From an uncultured Acidimicrobiaceae bacterium (GTDB lineage Bacteria; Actinomycetota; Acidimicrobiia; Spongiisociales; UBA5794): a stretch of DNA of 64,000 nt. Under the pieces are notes generated by a model that saw nothing but the letters and a program-made list of their open reading frames with translations, was not told where the DNA came from and searched no databases. Each line of letters starts with the position of its first letter. The stretch's first letter is position 1. Positions 34,337-44,293 of the stretch are shown here, one piece after another. Location of the stretch: the NCBI GenBank assembly GCA_964584755.1, contig CAZPAV010000002.1:45338-109337 (forward strand), in the 5' to 3' direction. The translations under genes and the position numbers were made by a program.

Positions 34337-35259
34337 GGGGCGACCATCCGGTCCTCCCGGGTGAGGGCGGGAGGGAACCGGTGCTCGTGGAGGGAGGGGC
34401 CCTCCCGGAACACGAGGGGGAGGAACGTCTTCAACCGGAACGGCTGGTGTCGCAGACCGACGATGCGAGCCAGGTAGACGAACACCCGCGCCGCCTTCCC
34501 GTGCCAGATCCGGTAGTACACGGCACGGCCGGAGACCTGGCGGAGCCCGCGGGCGTCCTCGTCGTACTCGCGAGCGGTGGCGACGCCTCCGACGTGGACG
34601 CACGTCGCGTCGGGAACGGTGAGGCGGCGCAGCCCCAGGGCGTGGAGACGCCGTCCCAGGTCGATGTCCTCCCCGTAGAGGAAGAACGCCTCGTTGAACC
34701 CGCCGGCGCGACGCAGGAGCTCGGTGGGACTGAGGAGACAGGCCCCCACCAGCCAGGCGGCCTCCGCCGGCTCCCCGGAGGAGGCGGGTCCCGGCGCTCC
34801 CCGCTGTCTCCGCGGGGAGAGGAGCCGTGCGATCTCGGCCCGGGGACCCGGGAAGACGAACCGGGCCGAGGGCATGGGACGTCCGGCGGGATCCACGATC
34901 CGGGGACCCACGAGCCCGACGTCGGGGTTCGACGCCAGGACCGCGATGAGTCGATCCACCGATCGGGCGTCGATGCGGGCGTCGTCGTTCATGATGAGGG
35001 CGTACCGCCCCGCGGCGACGCGCAGCCCGGCGTTGACGGCCCGGGCGTATCCGACGTTCTCCGCGTTGGCGATCACCCGACCTCGGCCGATGACGGCCGC
35101 GGCGGCCCGGTCGGTGCCGTCGCCCGAGGCGTTGTCCACGACGACGATCTCGCTCCGCAGGTGTCCGAGCGCGGTCTCCAGCGCGGCGACGGTGGCCGCG
35201 ATGGTCTCCGCGGAGCGGTAGGCGACGACGATCGCCGTGATGTCGAGTGGCGCCGTCAC
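34333..35259 (-). CDS. GT2-family glycosyltransferase
   Basis: ITAIVVAYRSAETI...VVDNASGDGTD...LIMNDDARI...YGEDIDL is typical GT-A/GT2. GTG start overlapping the upstream TGA (GTGA) with GGGAGG Shine-Dalgarno; the listed ATG would give a 46-nt overlap. Confidence 0.8.
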   Translation of the reverse strand: MTAPLDITAIVVAYRSAETIAATVAALETALGHLRSEIVVVDNASGDGTDRAAAAVIGRGRVIANAENVGYARAVNAGLRVAAGRYALIMNDDARIDARSVDRLIAVLASNPDVGLVGPRIVDPAGRPMPSARFVFPGPRAEIARLLSPRRQRGAPGPASSGEPAEAAWLVGACLLSPTELLRRAGGFNEAFFLYGEDIDLGRRLHALGLRRLTVPDATCVHVGGVATAREYDEDARGLRQVSGRAVYYRIWHGKAARVFVYLARIVGLRHQPFRLKTFLPLVFREGPSLHEHRFPPALTREDRMVAP

Positions 35260-36413
35260 CGTTCCTCCCCGACCTCGAGATCGGTGAGGATCCTCCGCCA
35301 CGCGGCGACGGCGAGCCGCTCCGGGAGCTCGACGTCGGCGACGGTGAGGACCGCCCCCCGCTCGACGGATCGCACGATCGTCGCGTCCTGGAGGAGGCCG
35401 ATGGGGACGTGGTCGGGGACCTCCCGGATCCGCCGGGCCTCACCCCGTACGTCGAAGCTCCCGATCCCCTGGGCGATGCGGGTGCCCGGGGCGAGGTCGC
35501 GCTTGGCCACGGCGACGACCGAGATCTCCGGGTGGGCCGAGTTGTCGAGGAGTCCCCGGCCTTCCTCGACGACGCGGCGGATGGTCTTCATGATCTCGAG
35601 ATGCACGAAGATGTTGTTCCTCACGAGGGTGTAGTAGGGCCCGGGACCGAGCTTGAGGTACTCGAGCGCCGGTGCCTGGGCGGCGTCGTGCTCGGCGACG
35701 ATGAACACGCCGTGGGGAAGCGACCGGGAGAGGACGTACTCGGCGATGGGTCGACCGAGGTCCCTCGCCCGGCGCCCCAGCTCGGCGGAGGCCGATCCCA
35801 GATCGTCCTCGGCGAGACCCACCATGCCCGGCGCGGCCACGGTGGCCCCCAGGCCGTTCGCCACGAGTGCCTGCTCGATCTGGACCTTCGTCCCGTCCGT
35901 GAAGGACGTCACCATCGGCAGGCTGATGCCCTGGCGCGCCCCCCAGTACTCCATCTCCTCCGGCGTGGGGTCGAGGTTGAGGAAGCCCTTCATGTTCCCG
36001 TAGACGAGCGGTCGGAAGCCGAGCGTCCGTGCCTCCTCGGCGAGGGCGGCCTCGCATCCGGGCTGGTCTCCCTCGGCCTCCGTCACGAGACCCCGCCCCA
36101 CGAAGTACGAGCCGGCGGTGACGTGGAACTCGGCGTTCATGGTCACCACGGGTAAGCCTCGTGCCACGGCCTCCTCCACGACGTCGGTGGCGTGCAGGGG
36201 GTCGCCGCTGCACTCGAGGAGGACGTCGGAGGCATCGAGTACCGCAGCGAGGTCCCGGGTGACGAGATCACCGGCCGGATGGACGCAGGTGGTCGGGTCC
36301 CGGCGGGTGAGCACCGCGCCGATCCGGTACCCGGGGTGGTGGGGCACGGTCAGCGCGAAGTGGCGGGAGACGAATCCGGTCCCCACGATCCCGATGCGAA
36401 CGTCCTCGGCCAT
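35256..36413 (-). CDS. NAD(P)-binding oxidoreductase with C-terminal SAF domain (COG4091-like)
   Basis: MAEDVRIGIVGTGFVSRHF Rossmann motif and C-terminal SAF-like segment (APGTRIAQGIGSFDVRGEARRIREV). 385 aa. Confidence 0.7.
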   Translation of the reverse strand: MAEDVRIGIVGTGFVSRHFALTVPHHPGYRIGAVLTRRDPTTCVHPAGDLVTRDLAAVLDASDVLLECSGDPLHATDVVEEAVARGLPVVTMNAEFHVTAGSYFVGRGLVTEAEGDQPGCEAALAEEARTLGFRPLVYGNMKGFLNLDPTPEEMEYWGARQGISLPMVTSFTDGTKVQIEQALVANGLGATVAAPGMVGLAEDDLGSASAELGRRARDLGRPIAEYVLSRSLPHGVFIVAEHDAAQAPALEYLKLGPGPYYTLVRNNIFVHLEIMKTIRRVVEEGRGLLDNSAHPEISVVAVAKRDLAPGTRIAQGIGSFDVRGEARRIREVPDHVPIGLLQDATIVRSVERGAVLTVADVELPERLAVAAWRRILTDLEVGEER

Positions 36414-36422
36414 GGAACCTCC

Positions 36423-37319
36423 TCACCCGGCCGGCCCGAAGCCGCCCTCGGGCTCCTCGTCGAGCAGTTCGAGCAGGTAGTCGCCGTAGCCGGAGCCCTG
36501 CAGCGCCTTGGCGCTACGCCGGAGCTGCTCGGCGTCGATCCACCCCATGCGCCAGGCGATCTCCTCCGGGACCGAGATCTTCAACCCCTGGCGGGCCTCG
36601 ATCACCTGAACGAAGTTCCCCGCCTCGAGGAGGGCGTCCATCGTGCCGGTGTCCATCCAGGCCGAGCCCCGTCCCAGCAGCTCCACCCGGAGCTTGCCTC
36701 GGGCGAGGTACTCGCGGTTGACGTCGGTGATCTCGAGCTCGCCCCGAGCCGACGGGGTGAGGCCGCGGGCGATGTCGACGACGTTCCCGTCGTAGAAGTA
36801 CAGGCCGGTCACCGCGTAGCTCGACTCGGGTCGCCGGGGCTTCTCCTCGATCTTCCGGGGACGTCCGTCGTCGTCGAAGGAGACCACGCCGTACCGCTCC
36901 GGATGCCGGACCCGGTAGGCGAAGACGACGGCCCCGTCCTGGAGTCGGGCCGCCTCCTGGAGCCGTCGCCGGAGTCCGAACGCGAAGAAGAGGTTGTCGC
37001 CGAGGACGAGCGCCACGGGAGCCCCGTCGATGAACTCAGCCCCGAGGAGGAAGGCGTCGGCGAGACCGCGCGGCCGGTCCTGGACGGCGTAGCGGAGCCG
37101 GATGCCCCACTGCGAGCCGTCGCCGAGGAGCCTCCGGAAGGCCGCGGCGTGCTCGGGCGCGGTGATCACGAGGATGTCCCGAATGCCGGCGAGCATGAGC
37201 GTCCCGAGCGGGTAGTACACCATCGGCTTGTCGTACACGGGCAGGAGCTGCTTCGAGACCCCGCGGGTCACCGGGTACAGCCGCGTACCGTGCCCACCGG
37301 CGAGGACGATCCCTTTCAT
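36423..37319 (-). CDS. rfbA: Glucose-1-phosphate thymidylyltransferase
   Basis: [52 protein letters not shown] is the classic RmlA N-terminus. 298 aa; ATG overlaps the upstream TGA (ATGA). The 100-aa N-terminal extension of the listed ORF is rejected. Confidence 0.9.
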   Translation of the reverse strand: MKGIVLAGGHGTRLYPVTRGVSKQLLPVYDKPMVYYPLGTLMLAGIRDILVITAPEHAAAFRRLLGDGSQWGIRLRYAVQDRPRGLADAFLLGAEFIDGAPVALVLGDNLFFAFGLRRRLQEAARLQDGAVVFAYRVRHPERYGVVSFDDDGRPRKIEEKPRRPESSYAVTGLYFYDGNVVDIARGLTPSARGELEITDVNREYLARGKLRVELLGRGSAWMDTGTMDALLEAGNFVQVIEARQGLKISVPEEIAWRMGWIDAEQLRRSAKALQGSGYGDYLLELLDEEPEGGFGPAG

Positions 37320-38539
37320 GCCGCGTCCCCCTGGAGATCCCCGGCCTCGTCGGGGAGGAGTCGAGCGATCCGCTCCCCGATGGCGAGCGAGGCCGTCGCC
37401 GCGGGCGAGGGCGCGTTGAGGACGTGGACCGTCCGCTCCCCGCGGAGGATCACGAAGTCGTCGACGAGGCTGCCGTCCTCCGCCAGTGCCTGGGCCCGCA
37501 CCCCGCTGCGCCCTCGGCGCAGATCGCGGGCACGGATGCCGGGAACGAGCCGGCGCACCGCGTGCGCGTACGCCGGACGCGACCAGGAACGGAGCATCTC
37601 CGTCGTGCCGCTCCGCCACGACCCACGAGCCAGACGCCGGAAACCGCGGAACCGAAGCATCTCGGCGAGATCACGCGGTGAGACCCGGCTCCAGCGGTAC
37701 CCCTCCCGCGAGAACGCGGGAACCGCGTTCGGACCCGCCTCGACGGTCCCGGCGAACGTCGGCGTGAGGTGCACCCCGAGGAAGGGGAACCGGGGATCCG
37801 GAACCGGGTACACCATGCCGTCGATCCCCGCCGCCGCGGCGGGGTCGATCGTGTAGTACTCGCCGCGGAAGGGGACGATCTGCACGGGCGGCTCCTCTCC
37901 GGAGGTCCTGGCGATCCGATCGGCGTACACGCCCGCGCAGTTGAGGAGGAACCCTGCGGTCACCGTCCCCGAGGGCGTCCGCAGCCGCACGCTTCGGCGG
38001 GTCGGCGTGACGTCCTCGACGGGCTCGGCGACACGAACCACGACCCCATGGTCGCGTACCTCGGCCGCCATGGCCAGGGTCACCGCCCGAAAATCCACGA
38101 TGGCCGCGTCGGGGAGGTACAGGCCGGCGACCCCCGCCACCCGCGGTGCCACCCGTGCCAGGCCGGCGCGGTCGAGTCCGACCAGCGCGGGAACGCCGTT
38201 GGCCCGTCCCCGACGCTCGAGCTCGGCGAGCGGCGCCAGCTCCTCGTCGGTGGCGGCGACGATGAGCTTGCCGACGGTCCGGACGGGGAGGGATCGTTCC
38301 GCCACGTAGCGACGCAGACGTGCCGCGCCCTCGACGCAGAGGGCGGCCTTCACCGAGCCCGGCCGGTAGTAGACGCCCGAGTGCACCACGCCGCTGTTGT
38401 GGCCGGTCTGCGCGGCGCCGATCCGGGCCCGCTCCAGGACGACGATCCGAAGCCCGGGGTGGCGCCGCACCAGGGCGCGGGTCGCGGCGAGACCCACGAT
38501 GCCCGCACCCACCACCGCGACGTCGTACCTCATCGCCAT
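37316..38539 (-). CDS. FAD-dependent oxidoreductase of the L-2-hydroxyglutarate oxidase (LhgO/YgaF) family
   Basis: [26 protein letters not shown] motif; [16 protein letters not shown] is the LhgO hallmark; C-terminal [14 protein letters not shown]. Confidence 0.75.
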   Translation of the reverse strand: MAMRYDVAVVGAGIVGLAATRALVRRHPGLRIVVLERARIGAAQTGHNSGVVHSGVYYRPGSVKAALCVEGAARLRRYVAERSLPVRTVGKLIVAATDEELAPLAELERRGRANGVPALVGLDRAGLARVAPRVAGVAGLYLPDAAIVDFRAVTLAMAAEVRDHGVVVRVAEPVEDVTPTRRSVRLRTPSGTVTAGFLLNCAGVYADRIARTSGEEPPVQIVPFRGEYYTIDPAAAAGIDGMVYPVPDPRFPFLGVHLTPTFAGTVEAGPNAVPAFSREGYRWSRVSPRDLAEMLRFRGFRRLARGSWRSGTTEMLRSWSRPAYAHAVRRLVPGIRARDLRRGRSGVRAQALAEDGSLVDDFVILRGERTVHVLNAPSPAATASLAIGERIARLLPDEAGDLQGDAA

Positions 38540-38540
38540 C

Positions 38541-39557
38541 TCACAGGATCCGCCCGTCGAGGACGACGGCGTCGATCCGCTCCTTCCACTCCAACAGTCG
38601 GCGGTACCACTCGACGGTCCGGGTGCGCGGTCCGGGCTCCACCGAGCCGTCCTCGAGCGCGGCGCGGATCTCCCCGGCCGCGTCCTCGGGAGTGTGGTGG
38701 GGCGCGAAGTCGAGCACGTCGCGGATCTTCGCGAACGACACCCGATAGGAGCGGCGATCCGGATCGCCGTACCAGTTCTCGACGAAGGGGACGCCGGCCG
38801 CCTCCGAGACGCGCCGTGCCAGCGGCAGGATCTGGAAGTTCTGTTCGTCGGACCCGACGTTGAAGATCTCTCCGGCGACCCGCTCCGGTGGCGCGTCGAG
38901 CACGGCGAGGAACGCCCGGCAGGTGTCCCGCACGTGCACCATCGGCCGCCACTGCGTCCCGTCCCGGAGGATGGGGATGGCCCCGTCGCGCAGCGCGCCC
39001 AGGGTCATCCCGTTGATGGCGAGATCGAAGCGCATCCGCGGCGAGAGCCCGTACACGGTCGCCTGGCGCAGCGCCGTGACCGTGAACCCGGCCCCGCCGA
39101 GGGCGAGGACCGCCTCCTCGGCCAGCACGTTCGCCTCGGCGTACGTGGTGAGCGGACGCGGTGTGGACGTCTCGTCGAGCACGCCGTCCTGGAACCCGTA
39201 GACGCTGCAGGAGGACGCCAGCACGTACCGGGCGACTCCGGCCTCCCGGGCGAGTCGGGCCATCCGCGCCCGGCCCCGGAAGTTGATCGACCGCGTGGCC
39301 TCCGGGTCGAGCTCACCGGCGGGATCGTTGGAGATGGCGGCGAGGCCGCACACCGCGTCCACGCCCTCGAGGATCGCCGCGTCCACCCAGCGGACGTCGC
39401 CCCGCACGACGGTGAGCCGGGGATGATCGGCGAGCGGGGCGAGGGTGTCGCCGAAGAAGAACCGGTCGAGGACGACGACCTCGTCCCCGCGATCGAGCAG
39501 TAGCTCGGTGAGCACCGAGCCGATGTAGCCGGCTCCGCCGGTCACGAGCACACGCAT
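38541..39557 (-). CDS. NAD-dependent epimerase/dehydratase-family protein (extended SDR, apparently atypical catalytic motif)
   Basis: MRVLVTGGAGYIGSVLTELLL Rossmann motif; SSCSVYG then TTYAEANVLAEE (Y-x-x-x-N where YxxxK is expected, by eye alignment). Confidence 0.75.
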   Translation of the reverse strand: MRVLVTGGAGYIGSVLTELLLDRGDEVVVLDRFFFGDTLAPLADHPRLTVVRGDVRWVDAAILEGVDAVCGLAAISNDPAGELDPEATRSINFRGRARMARLAREAGVARYVLASSCSVYGFQDGVLDETSTPRPLTTYAEANVLAEEAVLALGGAGFTVTALRQATVYGLSPRMRFDLAINGMTLGALRDGAIPILRDGTQWRPMVHVRDTCRAFLAVLDAPPERVAGEIFNVGSDEQNFQILPLARRVSEAAGVPFVENWYGDPDRRSYRVSFAKIRDVLDFAPHHTPEDAAGEIRAALEDGSVEPGPRTRTVEWYRRLLEWKERIDAVVLDGRIL

Positions 39558-39624
39558 GGGCTCCGCCCCTCTCGTCTCGCCCCCGAAGGAACCTCCGGCC
39601 CTCCGCGGGGTCGCGTCGCGTCCA

Positions 39625-40194
39625 TCATCGGCCCCCGTCCCCGAACACGAAACCGATGTCGGCCGCCTCCAGCGTGGGGAGTCGCGCGTCGCGGGCCGTC
39701 ACGACCGGCGCGGCCACCGGCCAGGGGATCGCCAGCGTGGGATCGTTCCAGACGATCCCCGCCTCGGTCGGCGGCGCGTACTCGGCGGTCACCCGGTAGA
39801 CGACGTGCGCCTCGTCGCTGAGGACGCAGTATCCGTGCGCGAACCCCGGCGGCACCCACAAGGACCGCCGGTTCGCCTCGCCGAGCGTCTTGGCCACCCA
39901 CCGCCCGAACGTCGGGGAGCCTCGCCGAACGTCGACGGCGACGTCCCAGATCTCCCCCCGGACCACCGTGACGAGCTTTCCCTGGGCCGCCGGCGGGTTC
40001 TGGAAGTGGAGGCCGCGCAGCACGCCTCGTGTCGAGCGGGCCAGGTTGTCCTGGACGAAGGAGACGTCGATGCCGTGGGCGAGGAGCTCCGAGCGCTTGT
40101 ACATCTCGGCGAAGTACCCCCGCTCGTCCGGGAAGACCCGGCGCTCGAGGAGCACGACGTCGGGGATCGCCAGGGGCCGGAGGGTCGACGGCAT
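39625..40194 (-). CDS. rfbC: dTDP-4-dehydrorhamnose 3,5-epimerase
   Basis: 189 aa, MPSTLRPLAIPDVVLLERRVFPDERGYFAEMYKRSELLAHGID...RGLHFQ...KLVTVVRGEIWDVAVDVRRGSPTFGRW...FAHGYCVL, RmlC cupin signature. Confidence 0.85.
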   Translation of the reverse strand: MPSTLRPLAIPDVVLLERRVFPDERGYFAEMYKRSELLAHGIDVSFVQDNLARSTRGVLRGLHFQNPPAAQGKLVTVVRGEIWDVAVDVRRGSPTFGRWVAKTLGEANRRSLWVPPGFAHGYCVLSDEAHVVYRVTAEYAPPTEAGIVWNDPTLAIPWPVAAPVVTARDARLPTLEAADIGFVFGDGGR

Positions 40195-40201
40195 GGCGCG
40201 C

Positions 40202-41197
40202 CTACCTCTCCCCTCCGCCCGACGGTGCCGGCGCCCCGCGGAGGAATCCGGCGGCTCCGGCCACGCCCACGAGCCCGACGCCCACCGCGATGCCGGTGAG
40301 CGTCGAGGGGACCGGCCCGCGAGCCCGGTCGACACCGACGACCGCGGCGACGACCAGCGCCTGGGTGCCCGCCGCGGCGAGGTCGACCGCGGGAACCGGC
40401 CATCCGCGATCGACGAGCCGGTCGTAGAGATGCGAGCGGTCTCCGACGAAGAGGGGACGACCGGCGAGGCGGCGGCGCAGGGTGGTGACGACGAGGTCGA
40501 CGAGGACGACGCCGAGGAGCGCCACCGCCGCCGCGAGGCCCGCCAGCCGTGTTCCCCACGAGTCGATCCCGGGCGGGACCGCGCCGAGCATGGCGACGGC
40601 GAGCGCTCCTCCCACGAGGTACGCCCCACCGTCGCCGAGGAAGACGCGGGCCGGGGGCCGGTTGAGTGCGAGGAAACCGGCCAGGGCCCCGGCGAGCACC
40701 GCGGCCTCCACCCCCACCGTTCCGCGACCGCTCGCCATCCACCACACGCCGAGGGCGGCCACGAGGGTCACCGAGCCGGCCAGACCGTCGAGGCCGTCGA
40801 CGAGGTTCACCGCGTTCACCGCGACGACCACCACGAGCGCACCCAGGAGGGCCCGCGTCGCCGGATCGGCGGGGAACGGCGAGGACCAACCGAGCACCGC
40901 GCCGATCGCCACCTCGGCGACGAGCCGCAGGCGCGGGTCGATCTCGGCCCGATCGTCGAGCACGCCGAGCCCGAGGAGCGCGCCGAGTCCGAGGAGCGGA
41001 CCGGGGAGGAGCCGCCCCGTGACGGCGCCGCCGGCGAGGATCCCGGCGAAGACGCCGAACCCTCCCACCGCCGCAACGGGCCGTCCGTGGGTCTTGAGGC
41101 GGGCGTCGGGTCGGTCCACGAGCCCCAGCCGGGGAGCGAGCCGGATGGCTCCCCACCCGACGAGGAGGGAGACGACCGCCGCCACGAGGACGCTCAC
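40202..41197 (-). CDS. wecA: Polyprenyl-phosphate N-acetylhexosamine-1-phosphate transferase (WecA/MraY family)
   Basis: 332 aa from an inferred GTG; ~10 TM helices; LIDDR-like VLDDRAEIDP, NAVNLVDGLDGLA and VFLGDGGAYLVG motifs of the MraY/WecA superfamily. Confidence 0.75.
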   Translation of the reverse strand: MSVLVAAVVSLLVGWGAIRLAPRLGLVDRPDARLKTHGRPVAAVGGFGVFAGILAGGAVTGRLLPGPLLGLGALLGLGVLDDRAEIDPRLRLVAEVAIGAVLGWSSPFPADPATRALLGALVVVVAVNAVNLVDGLDGLAGSVTLVAALGVWWMASGRGTVGVEAAVLAGALAGFLALNRPPARVFLGDGGAYLVGGALAVAMLGAVPPGIDSWGTRLAGLAAAVALLGVVLVDLVVTTLRRRLAGRPLFVGDRSHLYDRLVDRGWPVPAVDLAAAGTQALVVAAVVGVDRARGPVPSTLTGIAVGVGLVGVAGAAGFLRGAPAPSGGGER

Positions 41198-41250
41198 GGT
41201 CCACCCACCGATGGGCGCGGCGCCGGAGGGACCGCCGGGTATCCTCGCGC

Positions 41251-42151
41251 CATGTCGGACACCCTCACGGTCCTCTCGGGCGCGGGATTCCTCGCCGGGC
41301 TCCTCGCCGGGATGGCGACCCTCGTCGCCGGCTGGCTGTGGGCGCTCGTGCGGTCCGCTCCCCGGCCCCGCCCCCACGGCGGTGTGCTCATCGCGGCGTT
41401 CGTGCTCGTCGCGCTCGCGTTCACCGAGGACGTCCCCCTCTCGCTCGTCGCCGGTCTCGCCCTCCTCGGGGTGGCGGGCGTCGTCCCCGTACCGGGTCCG
41501 CTCCGGGTCCTCCTCTCCCTCCCCGGCGCCGCGCTCGTGACGCGCGGAGAGACCGGGTGGACTCCCTGGCTCGTCGTCGTCGCCATCGCGCTCGCCGTTC
41601 CCCTCGTGGCGTCGTTCGATCGCAACGCCCTCGCTCGACGATACGGTATCCCGCTCTTCGGTATTGCCGCGCTCGGGCTCTTCTTCACCGTGCCCGACAC
41701 CGAGATCCCGGCCGTCCTCCTCGGCGCCATGGTCGTCGGCGCGTTCGTCGGGTGGCCGAAGCCCTTCTTCGTGCTCGGCGCACCCGGAGCCGCGGTGCTC
41801 ACCGGGCTCTTCGCCCACGTCGCGCTCGCCGGCGCCGTCGGACGCCCGGCGGCCCTGCTGCCGGCCCTGGCCTGCCTGGGCCTGCTCCTCGTCGCGCCGC
41901 TCGTGCTCGTCGTGGGCGGCACCGGCGGGATCCTGCCGGTTCGCCACGACGGACTCTGGCTCCTCTCCGGACAGCTCGCCCTCGTCACGGTGCTGTCGCG
42001 TCTCGTCGACGCGCAGCGCGGGACCACCGCCGCGGCGCTCCTCACCGGCCTCGTCCTCGCCGCGGCCGGGACGCTCCTGACGCTCTCCGTCCGCACCGGC
42101 CCCACGCCTCGTGCCGATGCGCCCGACGTGGAGGGCTCACTGCCGCGCTGA
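41251..42151 (+). CDS. Hypothetical polytopic membrane protein (plus strand, between capD-like and wecA)
   Basis: 300 aa, MSDTLTVLSGAGFLAGLLAGMATLVAGWLWALV..., ~8 TM helices, very high GC3. Both minus-strand frames across this ~970-nt gap give Arg/Ser/Glu-rich nonsense. No recognised family. Confidence 0.5.
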
Positions 42152-42167
42152 GCCACGAACCGGCCGC

Positions 42168-44144
42168 TCAGGCGTCGCCGGTCGCGGCGATCGGCACCCC
42201 GGGGTACCCGACGACCGGCCGCAGGTCGACGACCTCCGTGCCGGCCCAGCGTGCCCGTGCCATGTCGAGGAGGAGCTCGGCGAGCTCGTCCGGCCGCTCA
42301 TCGGCGAGGAGCGACTCGATCTGCGCCAGCGCCTCGTACATCGTCGCCGCGCCGGGAGGAGTGGGGCGAGCCATGAGGATCTTGCCGTGGGTGGTGGGCT
42401 CGAGCGGCTCCACCGCGAGTTGCTCGCTGAAGCGCTCCCCGGGACGGATGCCGGTGATCTCCACCGCGATGTCCTTCCCCGGCACGAGACCCGCCAGCCG
42501 GATGAGCCGGTGGGCGAGATCGAGGATCCGGACCGGGTCGCCCATGTCGAGGACGAACACCTCCCCGCCCTCGGAGAGCGCGGCCGCCTGGAGAACGAGC
42601 TGGACCGCCTCGTCGACGGTCATGAAGTACCGCTCCATGGAGGGATGGGAGACCGTCACGGGACCCCCCGCCTGGATCTGACGGGTGAAGGTCGGCACGA
42701 CGCTCCCCCGGCTGCCGAGGACGTTCCCGAACCGGACCGCCGAGAAGCGGGGCCGCCGCACCCGCCGGGACTCGACCTGAACGAGCATCTCGGCGAGCCG
42801 CTTGCTGGCGCCCATGATGCTCGTCGGGTTCACGGCCTTGTCGGTGGAGATGAGGACGAACTGCTCCGCGGCGTGATCGACCGCCGCCCGGACGAGGATC
42901 TCGGTCCCGAGGACGTTCGTCTTCGCCGCCTCGTCGGGACACCGCTCCAGGATGGGCACGTGCTTGTGGGCCGCGGCGTGGAACACCACGTCGGGTCGGT
43001 ACCGGGCGAAGACGGCGCGGATGCGGGGCTCGTCGCGGACGTCGGCGAGCTCGAGGCGCACCGCGACGTCCCCTTCCCAGCGGGACAGGGCGTCGTGGAG
43101 GTGGGTCTCGTCGTGATCCAGGGCGACGACCTGCTCCGGCGAGAATCCGATCACCTGGCGCACGAGCTCGGAGCCGATGGAGCCTCCGGCGCCGGTGACG
43201 AGGACCGTCTTGCCGGCGACGAGCTGCGCCACCTGGGCGAGGTCCGTCTGCACCGTCCCCCGCTCGAGGAGGTCGCAGAGCCGGAGGTCGCGGATGTCCC
43301 GGCTCCCACCGCGCGCCGCGAGGACGGCGTCGATGGCCGGGAGGATCCGCAGCCGGACCTCGACGTCGAGACAGAGATCGATGAGGCGTCGGGCGAGGAC
43401 CGACCCCTCGCCGTCGGCGATGACCACCTGGTCGATGTCGAGCTCGCTCACGAGGCGGGGAACGTCGTCGACGGCACCGAGCACCGGGAGGCCGGCGAGT
43501 CGCCGCCGCATGTCGGGACGCTCCGCGCCGGGGTCGACGAAACCCACCACGAAGATGCCGCCGGACCCGACGGACCGGTGGCGGGCGAGATGGACCGCCT
43601 CCTCCCCGACGCCGACGACGAGGGCCCGCTCCCCGTATCCGCCCGCCTCCCGCATCCGACGGAACGAGAAGAGGCGGGACCAGAAGCGCAACGCGCCCAT
43701 GCCGCCCAGGGTGAGGAGGACCCCGATGACGAGCACGGAGAGTGGGAGGGGACGAACGCCGTCCCACACGTCGGTCCACCGGCTCCCCTCCACCAGGACG
43801 AGGAGCGTCGCCCCGGCGGCGAGGGAGGCGCCGGCGAGCCGGACGGCCTCCTCGACGCTGGCGTACCGCCACACGTGCCCGTAGTTCCCGAAGAGGACGT
43901 TCGCCCCGATGTGGACCCCGATGATGAGGGGCAGCATGACCCCCAGTCGGGTCCACCACACCTCCGGAACGGCCCCCGACGCGTCGAGGAACCGGATGCT
44001 CAGCGCGGCCGCGTACGCGACGACGATGACCGCACCTTCGATGATCGCCAGCGAGAGGTCGGTCCGGACCCTGCTCGCCGCACGCGCCACCCGGATCCCC
44101 CACTGCTCACCGGTCGTGGACCGGTGCCCCTGTCCTTCCCCCAC
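42168..44144 (-). CDS. Membrane-bound NDP-sugar 4,6-dehydratase/epimerase (CapD/PglF/WbpM family)
   Basis: 658 aa: N-terminal four TM helices, then TVLVTGAGGSIGSEL Rossmann motif, HAAAHKHVP, ISTDKAVNPTSIMGASKRLAE of polysaccharide biosynthesis protein CapD-like enzymes. Confidence 0.85.
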   Translation of the reverse strand: MGEGQGHRSTTGEQWGIRVARAASRVRTDLSLAIIEGAVIVVAYAAALSIRFLDASGAVPEVWWTRLGVMLPLIIGVHIGANVLFGNYGHVWRYASVEEAVRLAGASLAAGATLLVLVEGSRWTDVWDGVRPLPLSVLVIGVLLTLGGMGALRFWSRLFSFRRMREAGGYGERALVVGVGEEAVHLARHRSVGSGGIFVVGFVDPGAERPDMRRRLAGLPVLGAVDDVPRLVSELDIDQVVIADGEGSVLARRLIDLCLDVEVRLRILPAIDAVLAARGGSRDIRDLRLCDLLERGTVQTDLAQVAQLVAGKTVLVTGAGGSIGSELVRQVIGFSPEQVVALDHDETHLHDALSRWEGDVAVRLELADVRDEPRIRAVFARYRPDVVFHAAAHKHVPILERCPDEAAKTNVLGTEILVRAAVDHAAEQFVLISTDKAVNPTSIMGASKRLAEMLVQVESRRVRRPRFSAVRFGNVLGSRGSVVPTFTRQIQAGGPVTVSHPSMERYFMTVDEAVQLVLQAAALSEGGEVFVLDMGDPVRILDLAHRLIRLAGLVPGKDIAVEITGIRPGERFSEQLAVEPLEPTTHGKILMARPTPPGAATMYEALAQIESLLADERPDELAELLLDMARARWAGTEVVDLRPVVGYPGVPIAATGDA

Positions 44145-44293
44145 GTCGACCTACTTTCCCCCCGTGATACGTTCCCGGCGGGGGGAGCCACCCCCCTGCC
44201 CCGGGCGTCCGTCCGCGGGGCGGGCGCCGTACATCGAGCATACCACCGTACGCGCGCAAGGCGCAGGGCCCGCTCCCCCCGCCGCCGAGTACC

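Noticed and set aside
31326-35443. 900-aa and 965-aa minus ORFs as single genes
   Set aside because: Each is a frame that continues upstream through the neighbouring gene. The real proteins are the C-terminal 375 aa (PP-loop) and 596 aa (AsnB-like) bounded by GTGA/ATGA junctions.
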